A stretch of DNA of 63,380 nt, filler included, from Octopus bimaculoides (GCF_001194135.2; 5 parts of 4 records of this genome joined end to end with filler, not necessarily neighbours in it); one strand, 5' to 3'. Shown: positions 11,928 through 24,620, counted from the whole stretch's first letter. Notes: a model not told the origin generated them from the sequence alone. Numbers and translations are program-made.

Positions 11928-12310
11928 AAGCGTGTGGTAAGAAGCTTGCTTCGCAACCACAAGGTTCAGGGTTCAGTTCCATTCTCGCCCCGGACCGACC
12001 AAATCCTTGTCAGTGGATTTGGTAGACGGAAACTGAAAACAGCCTGCCGTGCGTGTGTGTGTGCGTGTGCGTGTGTATGTGTGTGCGTGTGTGTGTGTGT
12101 GCGTGTGTGTGTGAGTGTCTTTGGTTCTGTGTTTGTTTGTCCCCCTCTACACCGCTTGACAACCGGTTCTGGTGTGTTTACGCCCCTGTAACTTAGTGGT
12201 TCGGCAAAAGACAGCGATAATAAGTAACAGGCTTAAGAAAAAATAAGTATTGGCGCCGATACATTCGACTAAAAATTCTTCAATGACTGAAATAAGTAAA
12301 AAAAAATAGA
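11928..12310 (+). mobile_element. SINE family D, internally deleted
   Basis: GTGTGGTAAGAAGCTTGCTTCGCAACCAC..GTGGATTTGGTAGACGGAAACTG, (TG)n, CTTGACAACCGG..AACTTAGTGGTTCGGCAAAAG. Confidence 0.85.
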
Positions 12311-13051
12311 AGATATATATTTTCTGTTGCTCGGAGCAGACTCGTGTCTTCATCTCCCTTTGATCTGCAATGCTAGCAAAAGATGAGTTGCTGCTGATGG
12401 TGATGGTGCCTTCGTTTAGATTGTCATTGTCATTTAAGTGGCGTTTACAACTATATTTTTGTGCTTTGTAAACTGCACCTGTAAATGCTTGCTTGAAACT
12501 GTGCCTTTTTGTTTAGAAATCATATTTTCGGTTTGATTCTTAAAAGTCTGTCTTTTTATTTGGAAAAATTGTTGGGTATGTGTTGTGTCGACACCCCCAA
12601 GCGAAGAAGATGGATCGTCCAAGACATATAATTAGAGGTAGTCTAGCCGTGGTAGAGAGTTGAGTGACTGTTGAGTAGAGATCATCTGAAGGTTATAGAT
12701 AGCAGTAGCTTGAGACATAACAGTATGTATACACCAGTTTTCAATAATGAGGCTGCTACCACCAATATGCCTCGTACCTCTTAACTCTATCACAGGGGTC
12801 ATTTTGAAATAGAAACACATACAAAAGGCAATTTACTCAATTAGAAACACTGTTAAAACAACGCTAGTGACGGACCCATTTTTCCACCCCTGGTAATGAG
12901 ATACAATCTCAAATAATCCAAAAGCCCTTTTTTTTTAGTAAAACTAGAACAAAAAGAATATGCTTTTTCATAGACTGAACCTGGTAAAAATTACGTTTTT
13001 GCGAGATCACTGACAGTGACGTCCGTTGGCTTCAACATTCAATAATAATAA

Positions 13052-13082
<31 letters not shown>

Positions 13083-13124
13083 AAGAAGAAGAAGAAGAAC
13101 AACAACAACAACAACAACAACAAC

Positions 13125-13601
13125 AGCCTGTAGAAGATGGAATGAGACAGTGACACATATTGTGGCAAAATGCCCCAAGTTGGCACAGGAAGAATATGAG
13201 AAATGGAGGCACGACCAGATTGTGTCACAACCAGTTGCTTACTTATCGAGCCATCACGCCCATTTGATTCCAGGATCGTAAAGAAAGAGGAAGAAAAACA
13301 AAGAAAATCCAATCCACTAAAATTTGAAATAGGAAGAATTTGGAGCATGCGAACAGCAAAGGTCGTGCCTATAATAATTGGTGCCCTAAGTACAGTAAGC
13401 CAAGATATAGATCAGTGGTTGAGGGAGATTGAAATAGAATGCCCGGTAGAGCTCCTACAAAAAGTTTGTCTCTTAGGGACGGCAAGGATTATCAGGATTA
13501 TCCTAAGCTCTTGAAGGACTGCTGGAGACCTCTGGATACAGGTAGTAACCCACTATCCACCGAATCCCTAGCAGGAATAAGACCGACCCTGTGACAAACC
13601 A
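13125..13601 (+). mobile_element. R4/Dong-type LINE 3' fragment (zinc knuckle plus RLE)
   Basis: LCRRWNETVTHIVAKCPKLAQ.EY..RHD; PFDSRIVKKEEEK..FEIGRIW..VVPIIIGAL..LLQKVCLLGTARIIR; ends in (AAT)n. Confidence 0.85.
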
Positions 13602-13753
13602 AAATAATAATAATGGTGGTGGTGGTGGTGGTGATGATGATGAGATGATGATGATGAGGAGGAGGAGGAGGAAGAGGAGGAGGAGGAGGAGGAGGTAGAG
13701 GAGGAGGACGAGGAGGAGGACGACGACGGCAATGATGTTACTGATATTGCTGC

Positions 13754-13812
<59 letters not shown>

Positions 13813-13969
13813 AGGGTGATGCTGATTTCTCCTATTGTCACAAAAGTAACCAATATTATATAATAAGATACTGCACACGTATCCAAGATACAGAATTGTG
13901 CTCGGTTGAGCGATGAAAGCACGCAATGTAAAGAAGACGACTGAAATGCTATTATCATTTTCTTATTAT

Positions 13970-14042
<73 letters not shown>

Positions 14043-14270
14043 AACAACGACGACGATGACGACAACAACAACAACGACCATAAGCAGAAATTATAGAAAC
14101 AGCAACAGTAATCAGTACGGCTAGTGAACACACCAGTAACTAAAGGGAAGACAGCATATAGCAACATCATCATCATCATCATCGTCATCATCATCATCTT
14201 AACCATCACCTTCAGCATCGTCATCGTCATCGTCATCATCCTCATCATCGGCAACGGCAGCCATTATAAC
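13602..14270. repeat. Compound trinucleotide microsatellites
   Basis: AAT-GGT-GAT-GAG-GAC, then GCT-GAT-GGT; (GTT)n at 13970-14040; (CAT)n at 14165-14250. Confidence 0.95.
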
Positions 14271-14690
14271 AAGAACGACGATTTCAGCATGTGTGTAATG
14301 GCAGTAACAGTCAGTACAATACGCCTATTTCCGTGGTAAGCACGCCAGCATATGTTGGCACACGTGTATGTTTGCTGCGTGTACTTGGTGTATGCGTACA
14401 TGTATGTATGTGAACCGTGTGTGCTTGTGTGTGCACGTGTGTGTGTAAGTATATACGCGCGCGCGTGTGTGCACCTTTGTGTGAGTGTGTGCATTGAGTC
14501 GTTTCCAAGACAACGATATTTGTAACGCATCCATAAAAGCCTGTAGCGAAAAAAACGTCGTTTTATTCCTCAGCCAAGTGCGAAGCCATGAACAAGAGAG
14601 AGACTGACAAATATAATCTAATGAGACTGTCTGTTCTCTCATGTTAAGATATTAGTCGCGCCGGTAGATGATGCTTAGTAATAATAATAA

Positions 14691-14721
<31 letters not shown>

Positions 14722-14738
14722 AAGAAGAAGAAGAATGT

Positions 14739-14787
<49 letters not shown>

Positions 14788-14795
14788 TGATGATA

Positions 14796-15088
14796 GAGAG
14801 GAATTCTTTGGGGCTTGGATAATTCACCTTTGGAAACATGGGCATTTCGTTCGACATCCTCAAACAACCTTTATTCAAGGACTACTCGACCTGAAGAAAA
14901 TTCTAACTGGGCCCCACCTCCGAGGTCATGCGCTGTTTATCTTGATAAGAGACCACCATGTCGCGCACGTATGATTGTGATGCATGTGTCTGGTGTACCC
15001 TTATCAGACGGGTAGTCATGATGGGTATAATGGGCTTCGTATATTTTACCCCAGTGTCACTTTGATGGCATGCACTACGCTCTCACTC
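14796..15088 (+). mobile_element. Repeat F, 3' half, ending in (TAA)n
   Basis: GAGAGGAATTCTTTGGGG..GAAAATTCTAACTGGGCCCCACCT..GTGTCACTTTGATGGCATGCAC..CACTC(AAT)n. Confidence 0.85.
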
Positions 15089-15163
<75 letters not shown>

Positions 15164-15174
15164 AAAAATAAAAG

Positions 15175-15361
15175 TATCCCTTCTACTATAGGCACAAGGC
15201 CTGAAATTTTGGGGGAGGGGTGGCCAGTCGATTAGATCGGCTCCAGTACGCAACTGGTACTTAATCTATCGACCCCGATAGGATGAAAGGCAAAGTCGAC
15301 CTGAGCGGAATTTGAACTCAGAACGGAAAGACAGACGAAATAACGCTATGCATTTCGCCCG

Positions 15362-15362
<1 letters not shown>
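15175..15362 (-). mobile_element. SINE family A, tail type ii, head missing
   Basis: Aligns to other A copies; embedded in (AAT)/(GAT) arrays. Confidence 0.85.
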
Positions 15363-15414
<52 letters not shown>

Positions 15415-15431
15415 GTAATAATGTTGATGAT

Positions 15432-15643
15432 GATTTCAAATTGTGGCACAAGGCCAGCAATTTAGGAGGAGGGTTAAGCTGCTTACATCGACCTCGATGC
15501 TCACCTGATACTTATTTTATCGACGTAGAAAGGATGAAAAAGCAAAGTCGACCTCGGCGGAATTTAAACTCAGAGCATAAAGACGGAAGAAATGCCGCTA
15601 AGCTTCTTTCCCGGCGTGCTAACGATTTTGCCAGCCTGCCGCC
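15432..15643 (-). mobile_element. SINE family A, tail type iii
   Basis: TTTCAAATTGTGGCACAAGGCCAGCAATTT tail; head ..GCCAGCCTGCCGCC. Confidence 0.85.
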
Positions 15644-15666
15644 CTTGTAATAATGATAATAATAAC

Positions 15667-15731
<65 letters not shown>

Positions 15732-15812
15732 TGATGATGATGATGATGATAAGTCCGCTACACATGCAAGACTCCAGGAGTTCCAACAAAACCTGTGATA
15801 AAGAGGAAAATG

Positions 15813-15865
<53 letters not shown>

Positions 15866-15877
15866 GAGAGAGAGAGA

Positions 15878-16552
15878 GTGTTACGGAAGAGCTATACTAA
15901 TATTAAACACTGAACTTAACGCTAAAACAAAGATAATAGGCATAAACACGCTAGTCATACCAGTCATAAATTACAGCTTCGACATAATAAACTGGAAGAT
16001 CAGTGAACTGGGAAAATCAGATAGAAAAACCAGAAAACTATTAACAGCATACTGAAATCACCGCAAAGCAGATGCAGGCAGAATGTATCTACCCTGCTCA
16101 GAAGGAGGCCGTGGCCTGATACAGATAGAAAACTATTATGAAATAACAACAGTTGGACAAGAAAAGTATTTCGAAACTAAAAGTGGAAGACTACTACATA
16201 TAATAAAGCAATACGAGAAAAAGAAAACTCTCTGTACACGAAGAAGCGACAAAATACAAAATAGGAACAAACTACATTGATACACTGACATCAGATGACA
16301 ACATAGCTGTAATGGTCAAAGAGACAAAAAAGTAATATGAAAACAGAATAAGAAAACATACTAAAGAAGAAATGGAGAGAAAAATCACTCCATGGCCAAT
16401 ACCCTGCATGGCTTTACAGAGAAGAAATGAACCTAAGTAAAAGCCAACAATAGATCAAAAGCTCTGGACTAAAAGCTGAAACGGAAGGACTGATTCTGGC
16501 TGCACAAGACCAATGTCTGACTACGAACAGCTATAAAAGCAAAATAATGAAA
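15878..16552 (+). mobile_element. R4/Dong-type LINE internal fragment (RT C-terminal region and linker)
   Basis: LNTELNAKTKIIGINTLVIPVINYSF.IINW..DRKTRKLLT..ADAGRMYLP.SEGGRGLIQIE..HGQY..SGLKAETEGLILAAQDQCL.TNSY. Confidence 0.85.
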
Positions 16553-16753
16553 TTCGTTGTTCCAGGCGCACAAAATCAGCAGCGACTGACTAGATTAGCG
16601 AATTAGTTAAATGGCTGATGGGGACAATCGACAACAATTGGTGGTGAGACACTCTGAAAAGAGCAATTAAAATTGAATCGATAGCTGGTAAAATTAAATA
16701 GACGTAAAATACTGGAAACAATACAGTCGATAAACCTGCCTACCAATCACTTT

Positions 16754-17316
16754 GACAGGCAAAGTCGACTACAGCAGAATTTGAACCCAGAACGTGACGA
16801 CAGATGAAATGCCGTTAAGCATTTCACCCGGCGTGCTAACGATTCTTCCAGCTCACCGCCTTCATATTAATCATAATAATCTTTTATACTCTAGGCACAA
16901 GGCCGGAAATTTTGGCGGAGAGGGGGGGGGGGCCACTCGATTAGATCGACCCAGTACGCAACTGGTACTTAATTTATCGACCACGAAAAGATGAAAAGCA
17001 AAGTCGACCTCGGCGGAATTTGAACCCAGAACGTAAAGACAGACGAAATACCGCTAATCATTTCGCCCGGTGTGCTAAAGTTTCTTATTTCATTACTGCC
17101 CACAAGGGGCTAAACATAGAGGGGGCAAACAAGGACAGACAAAGGGATTAAGTCGATTACATCGACCCCAGTGCGTAGCTAGTACTTAATTTATCGACCC
17201 CGAAAGGATGAAAGACAAAGTCGACCGCGGCGGAATTTGAACTCAGAACGTAACGGCAGACGAAATACCGCTAAGCATTTCGCCCGGCGTGCTAACGATT
17301 CTACCAGCTCGCCGCC
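16754..17316 (-). mobile_element. Three adjacent SINE A copies (16754-16860, 16878-17084, 17083-17316)
   Basis: Repeated GGCGGAATTTGAAC.CAGAACGT..GACGAAATACCGCTAA bodies, all minus strand, tails ii and i. Confidence 0.9.
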
Positions 17317-19194
17317 TTCATGACAATCATAATAGGGAACAAGAAATGACACATTGAATAATGTAATCCTAGATACATTAAGTCTAAACAAAAAAAAGCC
17401 GGAATAACTATAGATAGAACGGCTTTAATCATACGTCTGCTAACTCTTGTTGGTCATGGTAGAATCCTGTGCGTTTTTCATAGTCACACTGCTAGTTTCC
17501 CCTATCTCATACCTCACCTTTCTGATGATCCTCTCATTCTAACATTTTTGGACATTCTATGATCGTCTTCAGCATGATCCTCATCGGAACTAAACGACAA
17601 CAAAGATGACGACGGCGAAAAGAGCAACAACGAAAAATGCGATAAAATAAGAAAAACAGAAATTGAATGTGCGGCAAAATCGATTATTTGGAAATGCAAC
17701 TTCCGTCTAAAATGATATTTATGAAATATTTATATTATTTATACTGATACATAAACGTGAGAAAATGTCCATTTCTCCTTTCAGCTGTAAATAGAAATAT
17801 GCTGTTCATGGCCACTAGAAAACTGAGCAGTGCATCTGTTTGTACTTTGTACATCCTCGAATTACAAAGATAGGATAAGAGGAAATTTGAAACTTAACTA
17901 CCACAATCTTACAACGAAATCTTTCGTGAAAAGCTGCACTTCAGTTCAGAAACAGATATTAGCAAGAACTGCAATAACAACAGCAACCCCAAAGAATCGA
18001 AGCTCCTTTTCTCTCTCTTTCTCTCTCTCGCTATCTATCTATCTATCTATCTCTTGCTATATATCTATCTATCTATCTCTCTGTATTTATGTATAGACCT
18101 AAGTACGTGTGTGTATGTGTGGGAGCAATATCGTTAAAGAGATATGAAAGAAGAGGGAACAAGAGAAAGAGACAGAGAAAGAGGGAGAAGTGGTAGGTTG
18201 GGGGAAGGGGATGATGGCGGATGTTGTGGATGACGGAAGGGGTGGATTGAAAGGAGAAGGAGAAGGAGAAGGAGACGAACAGAGGAGAGGAGGAGTGGGA
18301 GGAGAAGGAGCAATAAGAGGGGTGGGAAACTAAAGACTGCGAAGGAAAAGAGGATGAAGAGATAAAGAAGGGAGAAAAGGGTTGAAATAGTGAGTTACGA
18401 TAAAAAGGGGTCGAGTAGGGGATGTGGGAGAGAGAGTGGAGGGAGGGGGAGGATGAGAATGAGGAGGAGTAGGTTTGACATTTAACAAGCAAAATACCAA
18501 GTAGTAGAGAACACTTAAAGATCCTTTTATACATGAAACAGATTAAAGGGTCAGTTGTAATTTGCAGCCCTTTTATTCCATCGTCGTGTTCTAATGTGCA
18601 TTCAGAGGGTATTCAGGGGTGCATTGAGAGGGTAGAATTCTGTTTGGTAGATTACGTAATCTTTTAACATCCCTGATAGAATAGACTTTGAGTCATCTGT
18701 GATATAGTTTATCTCAGACTGCAGTATCTAATACACATTTCCTTTATGTTTTAGAGACGATAGGGTCTGATTTGAGAGACATTTGGTTTCTATTTCCGTA
18801 AGATCAAGCGACCATGTATTGCCTTTCCTCAATTAACATATTTCCTCGATTACATAATGTTGATAGTTTATGTTGTAGCGGGATTTTGAGGAGGCTCGGA
18901 TGAGAAATTTTAAAGGAAATGTGCGAAACCCATTTCATGAATACCGGTGTATAACTGGTACCTATTTTATCGAAAAGCGATGAATTAGAAGAGCTGTTAG
19001 CGCATCGGGAAAATAATAGTTAGATGTATCCCATTTAACATTTTGTATTTTGAGTTCAAGTCCTACCTCAGTCAATTTGCTTTTTATTCTCCTAGCGTCG
19101 ATAAAAAAGTTCCACACAAGAATCAGTAAATTAGCGAAATCGTTGGAGTGTTGTACAAAATGTATTGGGGTATTTGTTCGACTGTTAAAGTTCT

Positions 19195-19640
19195 TGGTGC
19201 ACAGACATGTAAAGAGAACTTGTCGTTGAAGAACTAAATTGGTAAACGGCAGGCTCCCAAAGGCAGTTTTCTCTGTTGTACTGCGTCAGGGTAGGCGAAG
19301 CCGTAGTGTCCAGAGGTCGTAATACAGGGATGTGCTGAAGAGACATATGGAACTCTAGTATCTCCCCAGACATCTGGGAGGAGAAGGCCCTGCGGCACGA
19401 AGAGTAGCACCAATCGCTGAAGCTCATAATTCCAGCCATTGAGAAGAAACAACAGGGAGAACATGGAAGAGCACGTGATAGGCATCGCTTCTCCGTTACG
19501 TCAAGAAGCTTTACCTGTAGCAGATGTTATCGCTGTTGCAGAACAAGAGAAGACCTTGTAGCCTACATGTGAGCCTGCCAGAGATGATTACTGGACAAAA
19601 ATAGTTAGCGTCAACGTACGACGGACAGCTGAAGAAATTG
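19195..19640 (+). mobile_element. RTE-clade LINE 3' end with C-terminal zinc-finger remnant
   Basis: GRLPKAVF..RQGRRS..YRDVLKRHM..ISPDIWEEKA..FTCSRCYRCCRTREDL; ends CGTCAACGTACGACGGACAGCTGAAGAA. Confidence 0.75.
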
Positions 19641-19834
19641 GTACACAAAATGCAGAGCTGTTCTACGTGGTACAAGTGTTGCTGGCCTGACCTACTCAAG
19701 TAGAAACTAATGGAGGAACAACATTCATCATCGCGTCAGCAGAAAGTGATGCGTACATATCCTGCAAGCAAGATGACACTAACAACAGTGACAGGAAGAG
19801 TAATCTCTCCTGCACGTGTGAGGGACACAATCCT

Positions 19835-20270
19835 GTCACATCTGGAAGTCTATGCCTTCACTATTCCGGAACAGAATACAGCAACTAAATACTTGATAAA
19901 TAAAGGAAATAAAGATGCTTTTGAACTTCCTCTTCGTTATAGAAAATGTCTACTGAACCATACCAGTGCGAAAGATAGCTTCCACATCAGCAGTAGCTAC
20001 CAAATCATGCCCGGATTGTTACATGTCATGAGCCATGATATTGTTACCAAAGCTATTTATAATGCTATCCGTAGAAAAGATTGTTTTAATGACCATAAAA
20101 AGGCATTCAAGAACCACATGTTTAAAAATAGAAAATGTTCGCATATTCCAATAAAAACACCAGTGTAGTACAAACACAAACCTGATAATGTTCTGCTGGA
20201 CAAGGAAGAAAAGTCATACTCTGCTGTAGAGGTCCAATGTCCAATGGATTCGACAGTTTCAGCTAAAGTT
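19835..20270 (+). mobile_element. RLE LINE (R4/Dong-like family 2) fragment
   Basis: SHLEVYAFTIPEQ.TATKYL..KCLL..HISS..HDIVTKAIYN..IKT..HKPDNVL.DKEEK..VEVQCPMD. Confidence 0.75.
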
Positions 20271-20444
20271 GCGTTTGATATTTGGACATTACTAAATCCT
20301 AAATTACTGGTGCACTTAGTATAGAAGATTAAAAATAAAAGAATTATATTATAAAGCTTAAAATGTAGAAGAAACGATAAAAATCTATTGCTAACTTCGT
20401 TGTATTAATCATATATGAGTATATAAGGGTGTTGAATTCGCAGA

Positions 20445-20640
20445 ATCTTTAGAGCGACAGACAAGGATGCCTTGCAATATTTTTTCCGGCTCTTTACATT
20501 CTGAGTTCAAATCACGTCGAGATTACCTTTGCCTTTCATTCCAACGGCCTCCATAGAATAAAGTACCAGTCAAATACTGGCATCAATGGTATCGACTACC
20601 CTCTTCCCCTCAATAACTTCCGGCCTTATGCTTAAGTTAC
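20445..20640 (+). mobile_element. SINE family A, old
   Basis: TTACATTCTGAGTTCAAATC..TTTGCCTTTCATTCC..AAGTACCAGTC..ATCGACT. Confidence 0.75.
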
Positions 20641-20773
20641 ATACTTGCAGTTAATCCAAATATACTTCAGAGAATGGAGTTAGTCTGCGCCGGCAAGACA
20701 TTATCTAATAAAAATGATTAAAAAAAAAAGTACATGTAAAATTGTGCTGTACTTCACTAATTTCTCTTCTCTC

Positions 20774-20815
20774 AATTTTCACTGAAGAAGGACTCGGTTC
20801 GAAATGTCGAATTTT
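20774..20815 (+). ncRNA. Minimal hammerhead motif (PLE type)
   Basis: CTGAAGA-A-GGAC-TCG-GTTC-GAAA-TGTC-GAATT preceded by AATTTTCA; stem II 4 bp with one G.U; GUC site. Confidence 0.6.
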
Positions 20816-21803
20816 CCATTTCCCACTGCAATTTAGTTATGCTAGTTTTATCGATTTTAGTAAATAATACATTTGTGTGTATAACAAAATTATAAATTAC
20901 ATTTTCAAGACGCTCAAGCGTCATAAGATAATGTGGTTCTTGATTCAAAAAACAAAAGATGGAATGGTTATAACAGGAATTTATTTGGTTGACCTGGGGT
21001 TAAATGGTAGCAATAGCAGCCCGTTAAGAAGAATTTAATAAAGATATCCCTATTTTAAATGTTATTCGTGTGATAAGAAACTAAAAGTAAAATGAAATGG
21101 CGGGGTAAAAACTGGAAAATAGAAATTCGATTGAATATATATCTAAAGTTTAATGGTTAAACAATTGATGATCCGATAGCAAATGTAATCCACATATTCA
21201 CGTTGAATATCGATAAGGCATTCATTTGCTAGGACTGTTTCTTTTTTTTTTTTTTTCATNNNNNNNNNNNNNNNNNNNNNNNNNNNNNNNNNNNNNNNNN
21301 NNNNNNNNNNNNNNNNNNNNNNNNNNNNNNNNNNNNNNNNNNNNNNNNNNNNNNNNNNNNNNNNNNNNNNNNNNNNNNNNNNNNNNNNNNNNNNNNNNNN
21401 NNNNNNNNNNNNNNNNNNNNNNNNNNNNNNNNNNNNNNNNNNNNNNNNNNNNNNNNNNNNNNNNNNNNNNNNNNNNNNNNNNNNNNNNNNNNNNNNNNNN
21501 NNNNNNNNNNNNNNNNNNNNNNNNNNNNNNNNNNNNNNNNNNNNNNNNNNNNNNNNNNNNNNNNNNNNNNNNNNNNNNNNNNNNNNNNNNNNNNNNNNNN
21601 NNNNNNNNNNNNNNNNNNNNNNNNNNNNNNNNNNNNNNNNNNNNNNNNNNNNNNNNNNNNNNNNNNNNNNNNNNNNNNNNNNNNNNNNNNNNNNATCTTT
21701 GTTTCACTATCACTTTCTCTTTCTTTCTCATTCTCTCAATTTCTCTGTCACACGCACACTCTTTCTTTCTCTGACTATCTCTCACTTTTCCCATCTCACT
21801 TTT

Positions 21804-21839
<36 letters not shown>

Positions 21840-22483
21840 CCTTCTGAATTATTGTCTTTCGTTCTCAATTTCATTCTTTCTCTCTCCTCACTCCTTTCCA
21901 TTCTTTTTCTTTCTTTCCTTCTCCTTTTCATTCTCTATTCCATCTATTTCATTATCTACATCATTGTCATTCTATTCTAATTCCACTTTCTCCCCCCCTC
22001 TCTCTCTCTCTCTCTCCTTCTCTCTCTCTCTCTATCCTTCTATCTCTATCTATCTCCAACGCTTTTCATATCACTACGTAGGACACACCTTCTGGTGATA
22101 CTCGTTACTTGGTACCGTTTGTTTTGTCGTTTTCTTTTCGGTATATTTTTATTTATTTATTTATTTTCTTTGCTTGCTTGTTTCTTTTTCTTGTTATTGT
22201 TGTTGTTGTTGTTGTTCCAAGTTGGGATTCACAAAGACACGTCAAATATTCTCTCAGGTTGTTTTATATACAATAATCAATTGCAAAAATATCTGGAAAG
22301 AATAAAAACATTTTGTATCGTTTTCTTATTTTTCTTACATATACATATTCTTTGCTCTCTCTCTCTCACTCTCTTCTCTCTCTTCCTTCTCTCTCACTCT
22401 TTTCTCACTCTCTCTCTCTCACTCTCTCTTTCTCTTAAATATGTGTGTGTGTGTGTAAGTGTGTGCATATGTATATGTATATA

Positions 22484-22548
<65 letters not shown>

Positions 22549-22557
22549 ACGTATGTG

Positions 22558-22608
<51 letters not shown>

Positions 22609-22919
22609 ATATATATGTATATATATGTGCAGTGAGAGAGGGAAGGAACAAAGTTAGTGAGAAAGAGAAATACCTGTATTAATGTGTATGTGTATATGTG
22701 TGTGTATGGAGGTAGGTAGGTACGTACGTACGTACGTACGTACATACGTACGTATATGAGGGAAAATTTTATAAATTAAGAATTGAGGGTATATGACATT
22801 CAGTACATGCCCTTGGTTTTGTTATCCGAAAATTCATGAATGGCCCTTTTAAGTTTTTTAGCAAACCCTCTTTGAGGGATCTTTTCCCTTTGACACACTG
22901 AGCCTGATGTTTGGGAATT

Positions 22920-22998
<79 letters not shown>

Positions 22999-23040
22999 AC
23001 GTGTATCTGTCTGTGAGTGTGTGCTTCGCCACAAACACAA

Positions 23041-23130
23041 CAAAATAACATGGCGCTCACCATGATCTCGCCAACGTGACATGTGGAGAAATGGAAGCTT
23101 TTGATTGGCTAAAATTACCAAAAGCTTCAT
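23041..23130. promoter_or_regulatory. Compact promoter-like motif cluster
   Basis: YY1-like AACATGGCG 23047, ACGTGAC 23074, E-box CATGTG 23080, CCAAT box (TGATTGGCT) 23102 inside a 10-bp inverted repeat; motif match only. Confidence 0.3.
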
Positions 23131-23192
23131 TCTTTACCTACATTTTTCTAATTTACTGACAGCCGGTGTTGGTTTGTTCATGATCCTTTAAC

Positions 23193-23292
23193 NNNNNNNN
23201 NNNNNNNNNNNNNNNNNNNNNNNNNNNNNNNNNNNNTTAATTAATTAANNNNNNNNNNNNNNNNNNNNNNNNNNNNNNNNNNNNNNNNNNNN
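23193..23292. other. Assembly gap placeholder (N44-TTAATTAATTAA-N44)
   Basis: Identical 100-bp pattern at 40142-40241, 46375-46474 and 53493-53592. Confidence 0.95.
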
Positions 23293-23334
<42 letters not shown>

Positions 23335-24324
23335 GTGTGTGTTTCTGTACGCAGATGCATGCTGATGCATGTGTGCGGTGTGTATGTGAGCATTGTTTAT
23401 TCATAGCCGCACACATCTACACTTCTTCCTATATTTAGATATATAGATATATTTTGTGTATGTTCATTACTTCTCTCTCTCTCTCTCACTCTCTCGCTCT
23501 CTCTTTTATTTCATTATCGCCCTATGTAAAATTAGTCACGAACCACAAGTCTTTATGATACTCCATTTCGTCATATTGTTGTATATTTCATAAACACAGT
23601 AACATATTCTCAGCACATATTTAACAACAGATGTAGAATTTAATTTTCTTAAAATATACATAGAAAAGGAAAAAAAAATTATTGTAAAAGACTCTTTAAA
23701 ATGATAATCTACTAAAAATATTGTCTTTCACTAGATTTCAAAAATAATAACATTCTTCAATTTATAAGAGGTTTTAGTAGAAAATTAGTTGAAGATACTC
23801 TGAGGAATGCGGGTTTTAAACCATTATAGTGCGACGTGGAATCAGACGTCTACATGCATATTTGATTACTTAATAAATTGGTGCAGCAGATACATTATTT
23901 AAGATTTCAAGACCTTACGCATGGGTGATTGGCAGAGAGTGTCTTAGAAAACAGATACACGCATTCGAAATATACATTGGTGAGTGTATACATATATTTC
24001 ATAGATAAGTATATTAGTCTACACTGAACTAATCTATCTATCTATCTATCTATCTATCCAAATAGAAAGATAAGTGAGAGAGAAAAATAAGACGTATGTT
24101 CTCTATACACGCTTATAAATTTACACTCATACATACCTTTGTATATTTGTGTGCGTGTGTGTGTATAATATGTATATGTGCATATAAAATATGTTTATAT
24201 AGGCGTGTTATTGGTCTTCAGCTAGAAATTGCTACACTTAGTAGAAATTGCTGTAATTAAATGATTACCTAAGGGCGCATTATAGTTAAACAGGATATTA
24301 AATTTAAAATTGATCGGTCTATAC

Positions 24325-24620
24325 CCAGCAGAGGTGAGATCTATAAAAGAAACAAGGAGTTTGTCGGCGAAAATATAGCAGGAATGTAGAAAAATATCAA
24401 TGTTGACATCGCCTCAAATGTATAATAAAGAAGAAGGGGCAAAATTTTTAAATAATAATATTGCGAGAAGATATAAAGTAAACGACCAATATCACAGTGA
24501 AAAAGGAACAATCTGTAATAAAGCAGTGAATCCACAGCAAAAGCCGCTTCATACGAATCATTCAAAACTCTACGACAGAATGAAGAGAAGAAAACTAAGA
24601 GAATCCTACATACAATAAAT
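24325..24620 (+). pseudogene. Possible decayed PLE GIY-YIG endonuclease
   Basis: RGEIYK..EFVGE near the start and SKL..RRKLRESYI near the end; many stops and frameshifts between. Confidence 0.35.

Noticed and set aside
17515-17590. Hammerhead-like CTGAAGA/CTGATGA motifs on both strands
   Set aside because: No GAAA at the required position and stems do not close
18130-18480. Long purine-only and pyrimidine-only tracts (also 21700-22060 and 31075-31360) as triplex elements
   Set aside because: Degenerate GA/CT microsatellite, ubiquitous in this type of genome; no locus-specific signal
22800-22920. DEG/ENaC-like N-terminus (KRAIHEFSDNKTKG)
   Set aside because: Lacks the conserved T/S-x-HG motif; frame is fed by a GA microsatellite; no good splice sites
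23237-23248. TTAATTAATTAA islands inside N runs (also 40186, 46419, 53537)
   Set aside because: Identical N44-12-N44 layout four times; a palindromic six-frame stop linker added during assembly, not biology
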